DNA from: Takakia lepidozioides
Lineage: Eukaryota > Plantae > Bryophyta
DNA length: 64,000 bases
Direction of reading: 5' to 3'
NCBI GenBank assembly: GCA_030704615.1
Contig: CM060733.1
Coordinates: forward strand, 27,776,001-27,840,000
How positions within the stretch are numbered: the first letter of the stretch is position 1; each line of letters starts with the position of its first letter. Positions 1-13,257 of the stretch are shown piece after piece. Under the pieces are notes generated by a model. That model made no database searches and had not been told where the DNA came from. It saw only the letters and a program-made list of their open reading frames with translations. A program made the position numbers and the translations under genes.

Positions 1-465
1 ATTGCTAAAACCTAACTGAGAATGGAGTTGTACATGCTCTAATGTAACAATATATTCTTGAGAATTCAACTCGATAGACACATAATCAAAGTTCACAGAT
101 GACACCAAGAAACTACCAATATATAAACATCTAGTCGAAAAACTTGTCTTCAACCACTTCCATTGATGTGGGAAGGCTGGGAGGGCTCTCATTTTTTAAT
201 AATTGGGTCTTGAATGCAACTATGGGCCCCGCCAGTACGGCCCATGGGGTGAGCTCATGAACCCACCCCCCTTTCACCGGGTCTAGATTCTGAATTTTTT
301 CTAAGTCCTAGTTCTTTAACGACGGCGGGCCTTCTAGCGGACTGGCCAAACCCTCAACAGATTGACTCCAACTGGCGAGCGGACTGACCGGTAGCTCTCG
401 CTCGCCTGACCGGTAGCTCTCAGGCCCCACTGTGGACTTTTCTTTAGGTTTTTGCTCTCTCTCTA

Positions 466-1010
466 TCCCATTTATAGCCCATCTCTTCAATGAAGCAGTG
501 CAACATGGCTTTCCAACAGAGTGGACAAAGAGCATCATCCACCCCCTCTTCAAGAGAGGTGATAGGCTCGCACCGACCAACTATCGCACAATTATGGTGT
601 CTTCGTTACTGGCTAAACTGTTTGGGGCACTAGTGGCCATGGAACTGGATGATTGGGCTGAATCCTCTCACATGCGTGCTATTGGGCAAGCAGGTTTCCG
701 TCGCAACTGATCCGCTCTTGACCACATTGCCACTTTCAGACTATGGTAGAATGTGCAAGCTATGACAAAAGAATGGTGTATGTTTGCTTGGTAGACTTTC
801 GAAAGGCTTTTGATTTGGGTCCTCGAGACCTTTTCCAGCGACTCCACAGGATGGGGGTCCCTCCAGACATCATCTATGCCATCTGATCCATGTATGAGAT
901 TGTCTTTGGCATGGTCAACGTCGCAGGGGAATTCTCAGCAGAGGTGCATAGCAACACTGGGGTCAAATAGGGCTGCCCCGTCTCACCTACCCTTTTCGGA
1001 TCTACATTGA
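466..1010 (+). pseudogene. Degenerate non-LTR retrotransposon (RTE-like) reverse transcriptase fragment
   Basis: RT motifs FPTEW-IHPLFKRGD-NYRTI, QAGFR, VDFRKAFD and GVK*GCPVSPTLF are recoverable across stops and frameshifts. Confidence 0.9.
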
Positions 1011-1355
1011 CGACAGACTCCTTCGGACCCTCCTCAAACAAAATATATGTTTATTTATTAATACACGTTACCACCACAAAGTCACCTGCGAAGATTTGAG
1101 AAATAAGCCTCATGTCCATCATAAATTGTACATTACCATCACACTAGCTGTTTCTTTCTAGAAACAATTGGATAATTAGTTATATATCTACATATCTTCA
1201 GGTGTTTTGTGGGCCCAACAGACTCACTCCCCCTGTGGCTTCCCCTACGCGCGTCCCGGGCCGGCTCACCCGAGCATACTGACCCCGCCGGGTAGGGGTC
1301 GCCCCACCCTGTGGGACCGCCACAACCGCACGTCCCCGCATTGAAGACCCTATTA

Positions 1356-3279
1356 TCAAACAGTGAGAAGCGTGGGAAGGCTGGGAGTGCGTTTAATTGA
1401 TGTGGGAAGGCTGGGAGTGCGTTTAACAGGCAATATCGTTTTCAAAAATTCCAGAAAAATTGTATAGCTCAAGTGGGACTTGGTAGTTGGCTTGCAGATG
1501 TCGTAGTGATCTGCATCTTCAATTATGTAGTTGTGAGTCCTTGACATCGAAATAGCTGAAGCATGTTCCACCACCATTGTTGGAGTCTGCACACAGCATT
1601 GCATGCATTACATGGCCATCAGCACAGGCCACTAAAACTTCCAAGACACACCATCTGAATTGATCAATCCTCCACTTCATGAGTTGGAGTACTGATACCA
1701 CACATTGCACATACATGCTTCACCAGCATTGCTCAGCCAAGTCCCTCTCCTCACGACATCAATGCGAATCAATCACGGCCTATGAATTCCCATTGTAAAA
1801 TATTTTGTAAGATAGTGCTTGTTGCTCCAATTTTGTTTCCGGGAACAATGTACAACATCTGTAACTCTACAAGTGTGAAACTTGACCCTACCTTTCCTTG
1901 TATCTTGGTGGGCCTGCCTTCCCCAAAGGCACAAATGTTGATGTTGGCGGCACCAATCAAGAAGTCGTTAGATAGTTCCACTAAGTCGTTAGATAGTTCC
2001 ACCATGAGCTTCTTCTGGACCTTCGATTCATACCATGCGAAATTTTTCTTATATGTACGCACATAGCGAAGAAGGTCTGCACTGGTACTTGGTACACTGT
2101 AAAACACCACACCTTTCAGATTGTCCAAAAACGCTCTACAGTTTCCTAATTCTTTTTTGTACAAAGCATTTCGGGTCCCTGTATTCGATGTGACTATCCT
2201 TACAACCTCAACCACCAAGCTCTCGATTAGAAGTCCCCCAAAGCCATGACCAATCAGCACGATTGAGGTGTTTTGGTCCAAAACCCTCCACCTGCACACA
2301 GATCACGAGTCAAGATCTTGCCTTAAGGAACTTACGCAAATACAAACAAAATGCATACAGATGCGCTAAGTGCAGTCGTCAATGAACCACGCTTTCCAGC
2401 ACCTATCATACTATATTACTTCAGGGAAGCTGGGAAGCTAGGGCAGTTATGTGCTCTACCTCTGCTCAGTGATCCACTGAGCTCCTGGGACTCAACTCAT
2501 AAATTCTGACTTCCCTGGCTGACCAGTCGTGTCACATCATGAATTCAGCTTACAACATTTTGTTTAAGAGGCTGAAGCTCAAGTTGACATGGCAAATTGT
2601 TCAAACAAGCCTGCAAGGCGCTTCTGTCGGGCCCAATGGGGGCCACCAACGACTATTCTGACTGTTCCACGTTGAGTTGAGCATTCTCAATTGTTCAGTC
2701 AGACTACTTTACAGATGGTCCTTTGATTCACAAGAGGAGACAGATACCCGTTCACCAAACTATTCTTCAGTTTGCTGCCCATATCGCTCATGTCTTCAAA
2801 GGCTAAGGTGTCATATTGAAGAGACAAAACGAGCGCATTTGAATGATGCAGATCGTCCAGCAGCCACTCTGCTGGCCAGCAGACGGTGGTGCCACGCTGC
2901 ACCCACGTAGATTTCCATTTCCCGGCGTCATCGTCATCCTTTGGCAGTTCATGGAAGAGAATCACAACCAAGGCAGGTTTAATGTACTCTCCAACAGGCC
3001 AAAGCTTATGCCACAACTGATGCATCACACCCAGTACAACGCACGACATGTGTCAGTTAAGTAGACAAGAAACAGGACCTCCACATTTGTTAGTGGTCGC
3101 AGATCAAATGCAATCAGCTCGTTTGCCGCCATCTTTGCAAACTTGGCTAACTTCCACAGTATACAATCCACTTTACAGTGTTGTCTATGCAGGGCTGTCT
3201 TCACAGATCTCTCACAATACACTTCAAATGCGGACCAGGTGAATTCAGGCATGTAGAAAATTGATACTCCGGGTACCAT
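1356..3279 (-). CDS. Spliced SERAC1/PGAP1-like alpha/beta-hydrolase-domain protein of the type found N-terminal in bryophyte hydrolase-NLRs; nucleophile motif altered to GHGFGG; 5' part uncertain or decayed
   Basis: Phase-consistent GT-AG exons ~3279-3079, 3016-2748, 2291-1892, 1586-1356. Motifs: VVILFHE..W..TW..CWPAEWL..VLSLQYD, IVLIGHGFGGLLI, KGVVFYSVP, FGEGRPT, DADHYDICKP. Confidence 0.75.
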
Positions 3280-5016
3280 TCAAAAGCTCTTTCCAGCTGA
3301 TCTCTCCTTTGCAAGAAGCGATGCTTACTACTCCAGTTTGCCCGGTTTGTTGTGGATGCGTCACTCCCATTCCCTGAACTGAAGAGCTTAGCGTTTCCAT
3401 GGTGATGTCCAGGGGGCCTTGGCAGCTAGCCTGGTGGGTGTTGAGTAAAATGAGAACTGATTCCTGAAGATGCTTGAGCGAACTTCTATACTTGAGAGTA
3501 CCAAGGCGGCCAAGCTCACGTCTGGACATGGAAACAGAGATGCAAGGCCACAAACGATTAAGGCAGGGTTGAATCCAAAACATTTGAACGGTAAGGAAAT
3601 AGTAGACGACTAAGAAGCCGTAGTCAGGAAATTTATAGGAGAAGGGGAAAAGTTGCTCAATATACTACATTCTCAGAAGGTTGAAGTAGACTATGCACGT
3701 CTTGACCACCGTTGGACAAGTGATGCACCTGAAATCTCATGGGTAACAGTGGCTGGAAAGATGCTGCGCCCCGCCCTCTCTCGTAGTGTTCACTTTTTCA
3801 GCTATCCTCCACAGAAGATGTTGACTATTAGCCCCGCAACTCTATATCTTGATCAACAGGTTTCTTGTCGCTGTACACTCAATGACCTCCTAAGCTCAAT
3901 CTCAAGACTAGCTGGGTAGTGACGAGGACCCAAATCGTTCCTGTAGCTCCAGATTATCTCTCAAAAGACCATGTTCCCATATGCAAATTGCTTGGATGCT
4001 GGATCACGACTTCTAGATATGATTTTTGACAGTCGGGGTTGTACCCAAACTATGTGTAAAACAGAAGAGAATTGGCTGTGCACGAGAAACACCTTCTGGT
4101 GATTCGCGAGGGAAGTAGAGGTTAGATAGATGATTCTTCAATACTTTTCCAGCAACTAGTCACAGCGCGTCCGTTGCCCCATGCCCCTCAGGAATTACTC
4201 CGTCAAATAGAAAAGGAACACCGGAGGAGACTAGCCCTCTTTTTCCTCTCCCGTTCATCCGCACAACCGCAGCAGCAGTCTCGGACCTGTGCAGCTCTTA
4301 TAGTACACATACAGATAAAGATAAGATAAAGTTTCTTTAACGTCCAGTGAATTTACAGAGCCTACACGCCATGCAGAGAGCAACCTACACGCCATTCTCC
4401 CAAGTGACATATTCCATTACGTGGTAGACTTTTGGAATTACGTGGCGTACAATTCAAGGTAAGTAAGGGTAGGTAAGCAAACCTTCATTTACCGGACACA
4501 CCTATGCATTCGTCTGTGCTTACAAGACAACTGTCCAGCTTTTGGTCCGTCATGTACTGGACCTGAATGTCGGCGACAAGGGGATTGTCGGCAAGAAGGG
4601 GATTTTCACGTGGCCAAAAGCATGGCGGCAGTATATGCTGTACGCGTTGTAAGGTTGTCAGTCATCATCTTATACTAATTTTATCAAAGAGCATCTACGC
4701 ATGCACCACTATCGCGGCACTTGAACTGGAGATGGTTGGTTCATCTGTTTCTAATAGCTGCAAATTCCGTTTACAAGAGATGCATATGAACCTTCGAGGC
4801 TATTAGAAACAGATGATGAGGACCATACTGCAGTGCACAAGGCAAGGCCGAGGCTTCGCCTGAAGCCTAATTTTCCATCCAAGAGTCTGGATTACAAGTA
4901 CATGCAACTTGATAACAATGCGGTGGAGTTAGTGGCCTTGCAAGGCTAGCAAATTTGAAGAGGCATCTCCAAGCACGGCGTGGTTTAGGCTTGAAAACGG
5001 AAAGTGTGATGAGGTG

Positions 5017-7268
5017 ATGCGGCTTTTGGAGGGTGAAGCTAGGTTGCTACGACAAACAGGTTCTAAGAACCGTACTGCATTACACATGGCAGTCATCGAA
5101 TGCTGCGCAGAGCTAGTGACGCAAGTGATACAACTGGTTCGTACACCACCGTCCAATAATGCGGGTGATTTGTCTCTCGGGGATCTACTTGAAGCAGTCG
5201 ATGGTTCATGTGGTCAGACAGCGCTGGTGATCGCAATAGTCATTGGAAATACAAAAATCGTCAACACCCTGAACAATGCCGCCCGGAGTTCACCCGAACC
5301 CAATGAAGATAGCGACTTAGAACGTAGGCAGCAACTACGGGAATTAATTGTGCAGGAGCTACAAGAGGAAAAGTTCCAGGCTCACACAGAATTGTTGAAC
5401 CGTTTAAGATCCCCAACCGACGAAAATACTGGGGAAGAGTATGTCTTTCATCGCGCATGTGCCTTTGATGCGATTGAGTCTAAAAAAATTAGCGAAATAT
5501 TGCAGAAAATATTACAGAGTATAGTTGACAGGGCAAAGGAGAGAGAGCCAGAACTAGTACACTTTATTTACGAACTGAAAGATCGCCGAGGCATGACTCC
5601 GTTGCACGCTGCAGTTGCCAGTGAGATAGAAAGCAACCTGACTCTTCTTCTCGGGATAATTCCTAACGAAGATCGGTACAACAATTGTGTGAATGCCCTT
5701 GATGGCGCAGGACGAACACCGTTGCATCGAGCTGCTGCACAGTCTGGAGACGAGTCCAACATTGGTCCGATGCTCGTGGCTGATGGAAGGACAAATTTGA
5801 ACGCAGTCTTTTCTCCGTCTGCAGATAAGGAGGATTATCCAGCAGATTACAAAAGGGCTCATCGCAGCCCCAGAACGGCCCTGCACTTGGCTGTGGTCCA
5901 CAACAAGCTCAAATGTGTGGAAGCTCTTCTCGGAGCCGACAGTTCTCGAATAGACTTGAACCGCACGTCTGCTCGATTTGTAAAGTTTCATGAAAGTGGC
6001 CCCGACCAGATCATGTACTGGACACCTCTGCAGATTGCTGCATTCATGGGACACCTGTCCGTGCTCCAAATGCTGGTCCAGGTAACTAGTCTATCAAACC
6101 TTCCTTTTTTGTCTCCCTTCTTAAGTGTACGCATTTCACATAAGCTATTCACAAATGTCAGTAGTTTCTGATTCTCTTTTGAGCCCTATACATACTAGTA
6201 AGATAGTGGGCACAATGATAGAGCCACATTCAATCAAAAATAAAAAATAAAATAAAAAAAGATTTGCATCTGACCTCGCTATGTACTTTTTGTCAGAATG
6301 ACAAAGCTTACGATCACGGACGATATCGCAACAAATCGAGGTCCCCTACAATTTGGGACCAAAGTAGCGCGTTGCACATTGTTGTATGGACTGGAAATGC
6401 AGAGGCTCTAAGGTTGATCGTGGAGAGCAGACAATTTGATCCATTCGTTACAGATGTGACATTTGGGAAAACCGCCCTACATTGGGGAATAGATGAACGG
6501 GTGTGTTATCACGGCAAAGTACAACATTATGGAGATTTTGTTGACTATGAGAGTTTACAACTCACATGTGAAAGAAGTTCTTTAAGAAGACGATTGACAG
6601 ATTTCAGTGGGAAGGGATGCTTAATCTTATTGCTACAAACTGCTGATATCGACCTATGGCCCAAAGATAACCAAGGACATGTTCCTTATCCTGGTCCTTT
6701 GGCATCTCAAGAAGTATGCACATGGTGGTATGAATATGTAGCTACCCTCATTCGGGCCACAAAGAAAAACCTCACTATTGCAGCAAACGCCATCACAATT
6801 ACAGCAGCATTAGTTGCAACTGCGTCTTTTCTGGGACCACTACAACCTCCTCTTGGCATTGAGAGCAATGCATCACTATATTATGAAGTTCTTGCAGTGA
6901 GAATCTTTATTGTAAGTGATAGCTTGTCATTTTATTTGGCGGTGGCATCCATCATGTTGTCTATCATCCCATCACTTCCTTTGCCACAAGAGCCGCTGCA
7001 AAGGGAGTTGCGACGACACCGGATTACGATAATTGTGGCGGTATGTTTACTCTTAGTATCTATTGTATGTGTTCTAGTTGCTTTTGCGGCCGCCACCATT
7101 GCAATATTGCCGGCGTGGAGTCCTAGAATGTTGACATTGAGCACAACCATTATTGGTGGAGCCGTTTGTGTGTTGGTTATGATGGCGTTCTTGTTTAGGT
7201 TGTTGAGATTTATGCTCCATAGATGTGAGTTTGTTAAAGACCTATACTACGAGTATGCCCAAGTTTAG
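5017..7268 (+). CDS. Ankyrin-repeat + PGG/transmembrane (ACD6-like) protein, copy 1
   Basis: Exons 5017-6081 and 6297-7268 with a phase-0 GT-AG intron. Multiple TALH/TPLH ankyrin repeats, then AALVATASFLGPLQPPLG and ~4-5 hydrophobic helices. The upstream ATG used by copy 2 reads 'caaggct' here. Confidence 0.9.
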
Positions 7269-7289
7269 TGACATTTGATCAATCAAAGT

Positions 7290-8412
7290 AACACCACCCG
7301 GACCATCCGGTGACCATCATCCCAGGGCTTGTCAAATTCTCCCCAACCACATAATCACATCTCCTCTTTGTAACCCTAGATTGTGTTATCCCATGTAAAC
7401 CCCAGAAGTGGAACCCTTTGACCCTAAAACCGTGTCACCCCTAAATTGGCACCCCATGCAACCCCGGATCATGTAACCCCTAAAGCATAATCCTGAACCA
7501 TGTAACCTCATTGTGTGATCCTACGTAACTTTATATGGTGACATCCGGAGTTCATATCACCTTATGTAACCCCGGATCTATAACCACATCTCGTGCCACA
7601 CCCTCTCTCACCCTAGATTGTGTCATTCCACTTCAAATCCATATTTATGATGTGGACCAAAATGATCACCTTATGTTCAAATTTCAATGGAATTCACCAA
7701 TAGTACATATGAGAGCTTGAGTCCGTTGTAATTTCATTCATTGTGGTAACAGTCCACGATGATGGTGTGCAAAAGTCAGTAGCAGAGTCATTTTTTATCA
7801 GACTAATAATTAGAGAGTTATTGTGGGTGCGTATTAAAGTTAAGAATTCAATGACATATACATTTGTTGGTTTCAGTGAGTAAATTCAAAAATATGGATG
7901 ACACCATCAATTGCAGTCATTTAAATTTGGTTGACACCATATAGGGCTCATAGGGTAATACGAATTGAGGTTACACGATGGAGGTTATATGGGTCAGGGT
8001 TACACTTGAGGGGTTACATGATCCTGGATTATAGTGGGTGACACAGTCTTAGGGTTACAAAGGGTCACATGACATGGGGTTATACGATCGATGTTCTAGA
8101 GGGTGATACAATTTTAAGGTTACAAAATTTTAAGGTGACATGACATGGGATTACATTACATAGGGTGACACGAGACTTGGGATGACACGATTTTGGGTAA
8201 CATAAGGTGACACAAGATGTGGTTATGCGGTTTGGGTTACACGGAACTTGGGGACGGATGTCACCATAGGACCTAGCCAATGAGATGAGAGTGGGGGTGG
8301 GGAGAATTTGACCGAGCCATGCTTGCTGCTGCGAATTAATGTCTGCCTGAGGCAGAAAACCGGGCAGTCCGGGGCATTCGGCCCAAGCAGCTCGCATTAA
8401 GTTCTTACCTTA
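7290..8412. mobile_element. Old non-autonomous relative of the large MULE (copy A)
   Basis: 8290-8412 resembles the MULE right TIR (gggggtggggag..tgaccgagcc; atgtctgcc; gcattaagttcttac), and 7325-7350 is its inverse. TGTAACCC motifs lie on the left half and GGGTTACA on the right half. Confidence 0.75.
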
Positions 8413-8432
8413 TCAATATATAAAGCAAGGTA

Positions 8433-8755
8433 CCGTACTTACCTAGTTTATTAGGCACTTCCGCACCTAATGATTAATAAAAATAGAATATTATTAGGCA
8501 GATTCGTTTTTATTATTTAGGCACCTCACCTAGGTAATTTCCAAACATTAGGCATGTACACTGGATAACAATGAACAATTGTTTTTTACCTCTCTCAAAA
8601 ACTATTGTTGATGTAATTCTCACAATTTTCACAATTTTCGAGCAATTAGGCACTTATCAGGAAAATTTTCCAAGTTTTAGGCACATTTTCCAAAAAAGTT
8701 CTAAACTTAATTAGGCACTTGATTTTGAATTAATTATTGCCTAATAAGCTAGGTA
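8433..8755. mobile_element. Tc1/mariner-type MITE (copy A; right TIR tip deleted)
   Basis: TA|ccgtacttacctagtttattaggca ... tgcctaataagctaggta. The intact paralog is at 33255-33583. Confidence 0.75.
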
Positions 8756-9299
8756 TAGTTTGTTGGTTTTGTTTGTTTTGTAGCGTTGAGATCTCCCACC
8801 CGCGGGCTGTAGCCCCGGTGCTTGGTACGGTTGGAAAGTCCTTGATGAGGAGGGGTGATGAGGCTTGGTCTCATGATTTTTGGACTCGCGGTGTCGAATT
8901 TCAAGTACTTTTGATCGTTGGAAATTCACGAAAAATAACAAAGTGGGCTTTCGTGGGACAATGATTGGAGCCTCGACAAAGATATATCAATAATGATTGG
9001 ATATATTACTACTCAATAAATTCATGGAAAAAAAGAAATTGGGCCCTGACATGGGAGACGTACTTGGATAGGAAGATAATAGGAATAATGTAAGAACTTA
9101 ATGCAAGCGCGTCAGGACGGTCCAGCCCTGACACCCGTACCGCCGGTTCTTCGCCTCCGGCAGACATCGAAAGGCAGCCGCTGGGCTCGGTCAATCCCTC
9201 CCCACCCCGCCCTCATCCCATCGGCGTCGTCGCCCAGGCGCGTCGTCGCCCCCTGCGTCGTCGTTCTGCGACACCAGTCCGCCGCTTCCAGCAGTCCGC

Positions 9300-11945
9300 C
9301 AGTTCCCTGTAACCCCCGCCCCGGGTTCAACCATCACCCCCATGTAACCCTCTGTAACTCCGCCGAGTGTAACCCACATTACCATGTAACCCTCTGTAAC
9401 CCATATAACCCCATGACCCTCTGTAACCCTCACCACCATGTAACCCTCTGTAATCCATGTAACCCTCTAAACACCGCAGAGGTCACCCCCACCCCTATGT
9501 AACCCTCACTACATGTAACCCTCTGTAACCCATGTAGTCCTCTATAACACCGCAGAGTGTCACCCCCACCCCTATGTAACCCTCACTACATGTAACCCTC
9601 TGTAACACTTTGCAACCCATGTAACCCCTGTAACCCTCTGTAACCCGCAGAGTGTCGCCCTCACCCTTATGTAACCCTCACTCCATGTAACCCTCTGTAA
9701 CCCATGTAACCCTCTGTGACCCTTTGTAACCCTCACCACCATGTAACCCTCTGTAACACCGCAGAGTGTCACCCTCACCCGTATGTAACCCTCATTCCAT
9801 GTAACCCTCTCTGACCCTCTGTAACCCTCACCACCATGTAACCCTCACTCCATGTAACCCTCTGTGACCCTCTATATCCCTCACCAGGTGTAACCCTTAC
9901 CTCCATGTAACCCTCTGTAACACCGCAGGGTGTCACCCTCGCCACCATGTAACCCTCACTCCATGTAACCCTCACAACCCTCTATGGCTCTGTAACCTAT
10001 GTAACCCTCTGTAACACCGTAGAGTGTCGTCCTCACCCCTTATGTAACACTCTGTAACCCATGTAACCCTCTGTGACCCTTTGTAACCCTCACCACCATG
10101 TAACCCTCTGTAACACCGCAGAGTGTCACCCTCACCCGTATGTAACCCTCATTCCATGTAACCCTCTCTGACCCTCTGTAACCCTCACCACCATGTAACC
10201 CTCACTCCATGTAACCCTCTGTGACCCTCTATATCCCTCACCAGGTGTAACCCTTACCTCCATGTAACCCTCTGTAACACCGCAGGGTGTCACCCTCGCC
10301 ACCATGTAACCCTCACTCCATGTAACCCTCACAAACCCTCTTGGCTCTGTAACCTATGTAACCCTCTGTAACACCGTAGAGTGTCGTCCTCACCCCTTAT
10401 GTAACCTCTGTAACCCATGTAACCCTCTGTGACCCTTTGTAACCCTCACCACCATGTAACCCTCTGTAACACCGCAGAGTGTCACCCTCACCCGTATGTA
10501 ACCCTCATTCCATGTAACCCTCTCTGACCCTCTGTAACCCTCACCACCATGTAACCCTCACTCCATGTAACCCTCTGTGACCCTCTATATCCCTCACCAG
10601 GTGTAACCCTCTGTAACACCGCAGAGTGTCACCCTCGCCACCATGTAACCCTCCGTAACCCTCACAAACCCTTTGTGACACCGCAGAGTGTCGCCCTCAC
10701 CCTTATGTAACCCTCACTCCATGTAACCCTCTGTAACCCATGTAACCCTCTGTGACCCTTTGTAACCCTCACCCACCATGTAACCCTCTATAACACCGCA
10801 GAGTGTCACCCTCACCCCTATGTAACCATTTATGACCCTCTGTAACCCATCTAACCCTCTGTGACCCTCTATATCCCTCACCAGGTGTAACCCTTACCAC
10901 CATGTAACCCTCTGTAACACCGCAAAGTGTCACCCTCGCCACCATGTAACCCTCCGTAACCCACACAAACCCTCTGTGACACCGCAGAGTGTCACCCTCA
11001 TGCCCATGTAACCCTCACTCCATGTAACCCTCTGTAACCCTCCGTGGCTCTGTAACCCATGTAACCCTCTGTAATACCGTAGAGTGTCACCCTCACCCCT
11101 TATGTAACCCTCTGTAACCCATTTAAACCTTTGTGACCCTTTGTAACCCTCACCACCATGTAACCCTGTGTAACACCGCAAAGTGTCACCCTCACCCCTA
11201 TTTAACCCTCATTCCATGTAACCCTCTCTGACCCTTTGTAACCCTCACCACCATGTAACCATATGTAACCCATGTAACCCTTTGTGACCCTCTATATCCC
11301 TCACCAGGTGTAACCCTTACCACCATGTAACCCTATGTAATACCGCAGAGTGTCACCCTCGCCACCATATAATCCTCCGTAACCCTCACAAACCCTTTGT
11401 GACACCGCAGAGTGTCGCCCTCACCCCTTATGTAACCCTCACTCCATGTAACCCTCTGTAACCCATGTAACCTTTGTAACCCTCACCACCATGTAACCCT
11501 CTGTAACACCGCAGAGTGTCACCCTCACCCGTATGTAACCCTCATTCCATGTAACCCTCTCTGACCCTCTGTAACCCTCACTCCATGTAACCCTCTGTGA
11601 CCCTCTATATCCCTCACCAGGTGTAACCCTTACCTCCATGTAACCCTCTGTAACACCGCAGAGTGTCACCCTCGCCACCATGTAACCCTCACTCCATGTA
11701 ACCCTCACAAACCCTCTGTGGCTCTGTAACCTATGTAACCCTCTGTAACACCGTAGAGTGTCGTCCTCACCCCTTATGTAACCCTCTGTAACCCATGTAA
11801 CCCTCTGTGACCCTTTGTAACCCTCACCACCATGTAACCCTCTGTAACACCGCAGAGTGTCACCCTCACCCGTATGTAACCCTCACTCCATGTAACCCTC
11901 TCTGACCCTCTGTAACCCTCACCACCATGTAACCCTCAGTAACAC
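9300..11945 (+). repeat. Left subterminal TGTAACCC minisatellite array with ~357-bp higher-order units
   Basis: Dense catgtaaccc/ctgtaaccct units about 10 bp apart. Identical spurious ORFs at 9775 and 10132 give the 357-bp period. Confidence 0.95.
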
Positions 11946-12289
11946 CGCCTCGTGTACATCATACACGTGTAAACTATCCGACGGCCGAATGGAGGTTTAA
12001 ATAGAGGCCGAAACCCTAATTTGCTCTCTCCATCCGTTTCCAGATTCTTAGCTCGCTCGTTTTTTTGCTTTGGGGCATCAGCTTTCTGCAATTCCCATGG
12101 TGCCCAATCGGCTTCACACATCAATGCGAAAGATTTGTAGTTCATTCAGTTCAGTATCGTCATCCCAGCAACATACAAGACAACGCTTTCCGCGCACGAT
12201 CCGTCAAATTTATTACCACGGTTTTCTCTACGATTGATACGGTTGTCTCTATTCTTTTTCTTTCTCAATGTCATTCTTGTTGTTTTGTC

Positions 12290-12460
12290 ACCGTCCCCGA
12301 TGGCTATGGTATTCCTAAGATCCGCATTAGGAAAGGGTTTTGTTTCTTTCGGTCTAGCCATGCAAGCAGCCGCTCATTTGACGGGGTGCCCATTCACTCT
12401 CCTCTCGTGTATCTTTGTTCACACACCAGCCGGGGCAGCCTACTCATCGCTATTATGGAT
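12290..12460 (-). pseudogene. Decayed inverted paralog of the cargo-gene zinc-finger exon
   Basis: The minus strand reads ..CPGWC/..RRVNGHPVK*AAACMARPKETKPFPNADLR, versus ..CPYCG..SRLNRHIVDGTAACMARPKGTKPFPDAELK at ~13430-13560. Confidence 0.8.
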
Positions 12461-13257
12461 GCAATACGTATCGAATCATGCGTGTTTTGCAAGCACTGTC
12501 AACCGGTTACATGTCTGATGGTTTATATGACTACCTCACGTGTGGTATGGTTACACACAGGGGGTTACACGGTGTTTTCTTTCTCAATACATGCTAGCTT
12601 GGTAGACGGTTTAGTAATGGAGGTTTAGATGGGTTGACATGTTTGATGGGTTACGTGGATGTTGCGCTCGCGGAGCCACATAGGCTAGGGTTACATGGGT
12701 GGGGCATTACATTGACCATGTTTACCTGGAGGTTGCATACTAATGGTTTGATATGACAGGGTTACATCGATGTTGTGTTCGGGAGTCACATAGACTAGGG
12801 GTACATGAGGTTGTGACGAAGGGTTACATCATATCTGGGTACCTGACGGAGGGTTACACTCGACGTGCCTGGCATTCGAGTAACGGCCGGTTTGTCGCGC
12901 TCACAAGTGTAGGGTTACGGGTTACACTCCGCTATTCCGGGTGACACCGGGATTGCAACTCATACACGTGTGAGTCAGTGCGGATATAATTGATTGCAAG
13001 CCGCCAGATTTTAATGAACCGCCGTCTTTCGCTTAACCGACGTGCCTTACGGGTGACATCTAGCTAGCTTCGTTCTTCGTTCTTTGATCATTGTTCAGTT
13101 TTCCCCTTCTCGCAGCCTTTCATATTCTTCCTGCACTCCTTGCTGTGCGTGCTCCCTGTTGTGCGTTCTTCGGAATTCTCTTGGTCTTGGTCTTTTCTTG
13201 TCTTGTCTTTTCTTGCTCTTGCTCTTCTCTTCTCTTCTGTCAGCTTTTTCTTTTGTC

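Noticed and set aside
3950-4290. Second hydrolase domain upstream (FTHSLG on the minus strand)
   Set aside because: Multiple stops and weak similarity; cannot be supported by eye.
5554-6069. 171-aa antisense ORF conserved in both ANK copies
   Set aside because: Shadow ORF; its conservation is explained by the recent duplication.
9101-11708. ORFs such as MRVTWSEGYMV.. (also 23821-25220)
   Set aside because: By-products of stop-poor minisatellite and GC-rich TIR sequence.
9300-11945. CRISPR array or true chromosome telomere
   Set aside because: There are no unique spacers or cas genes, the context is eukaryotic, and the arrays are internal and bounded by TIRs and a TSD.
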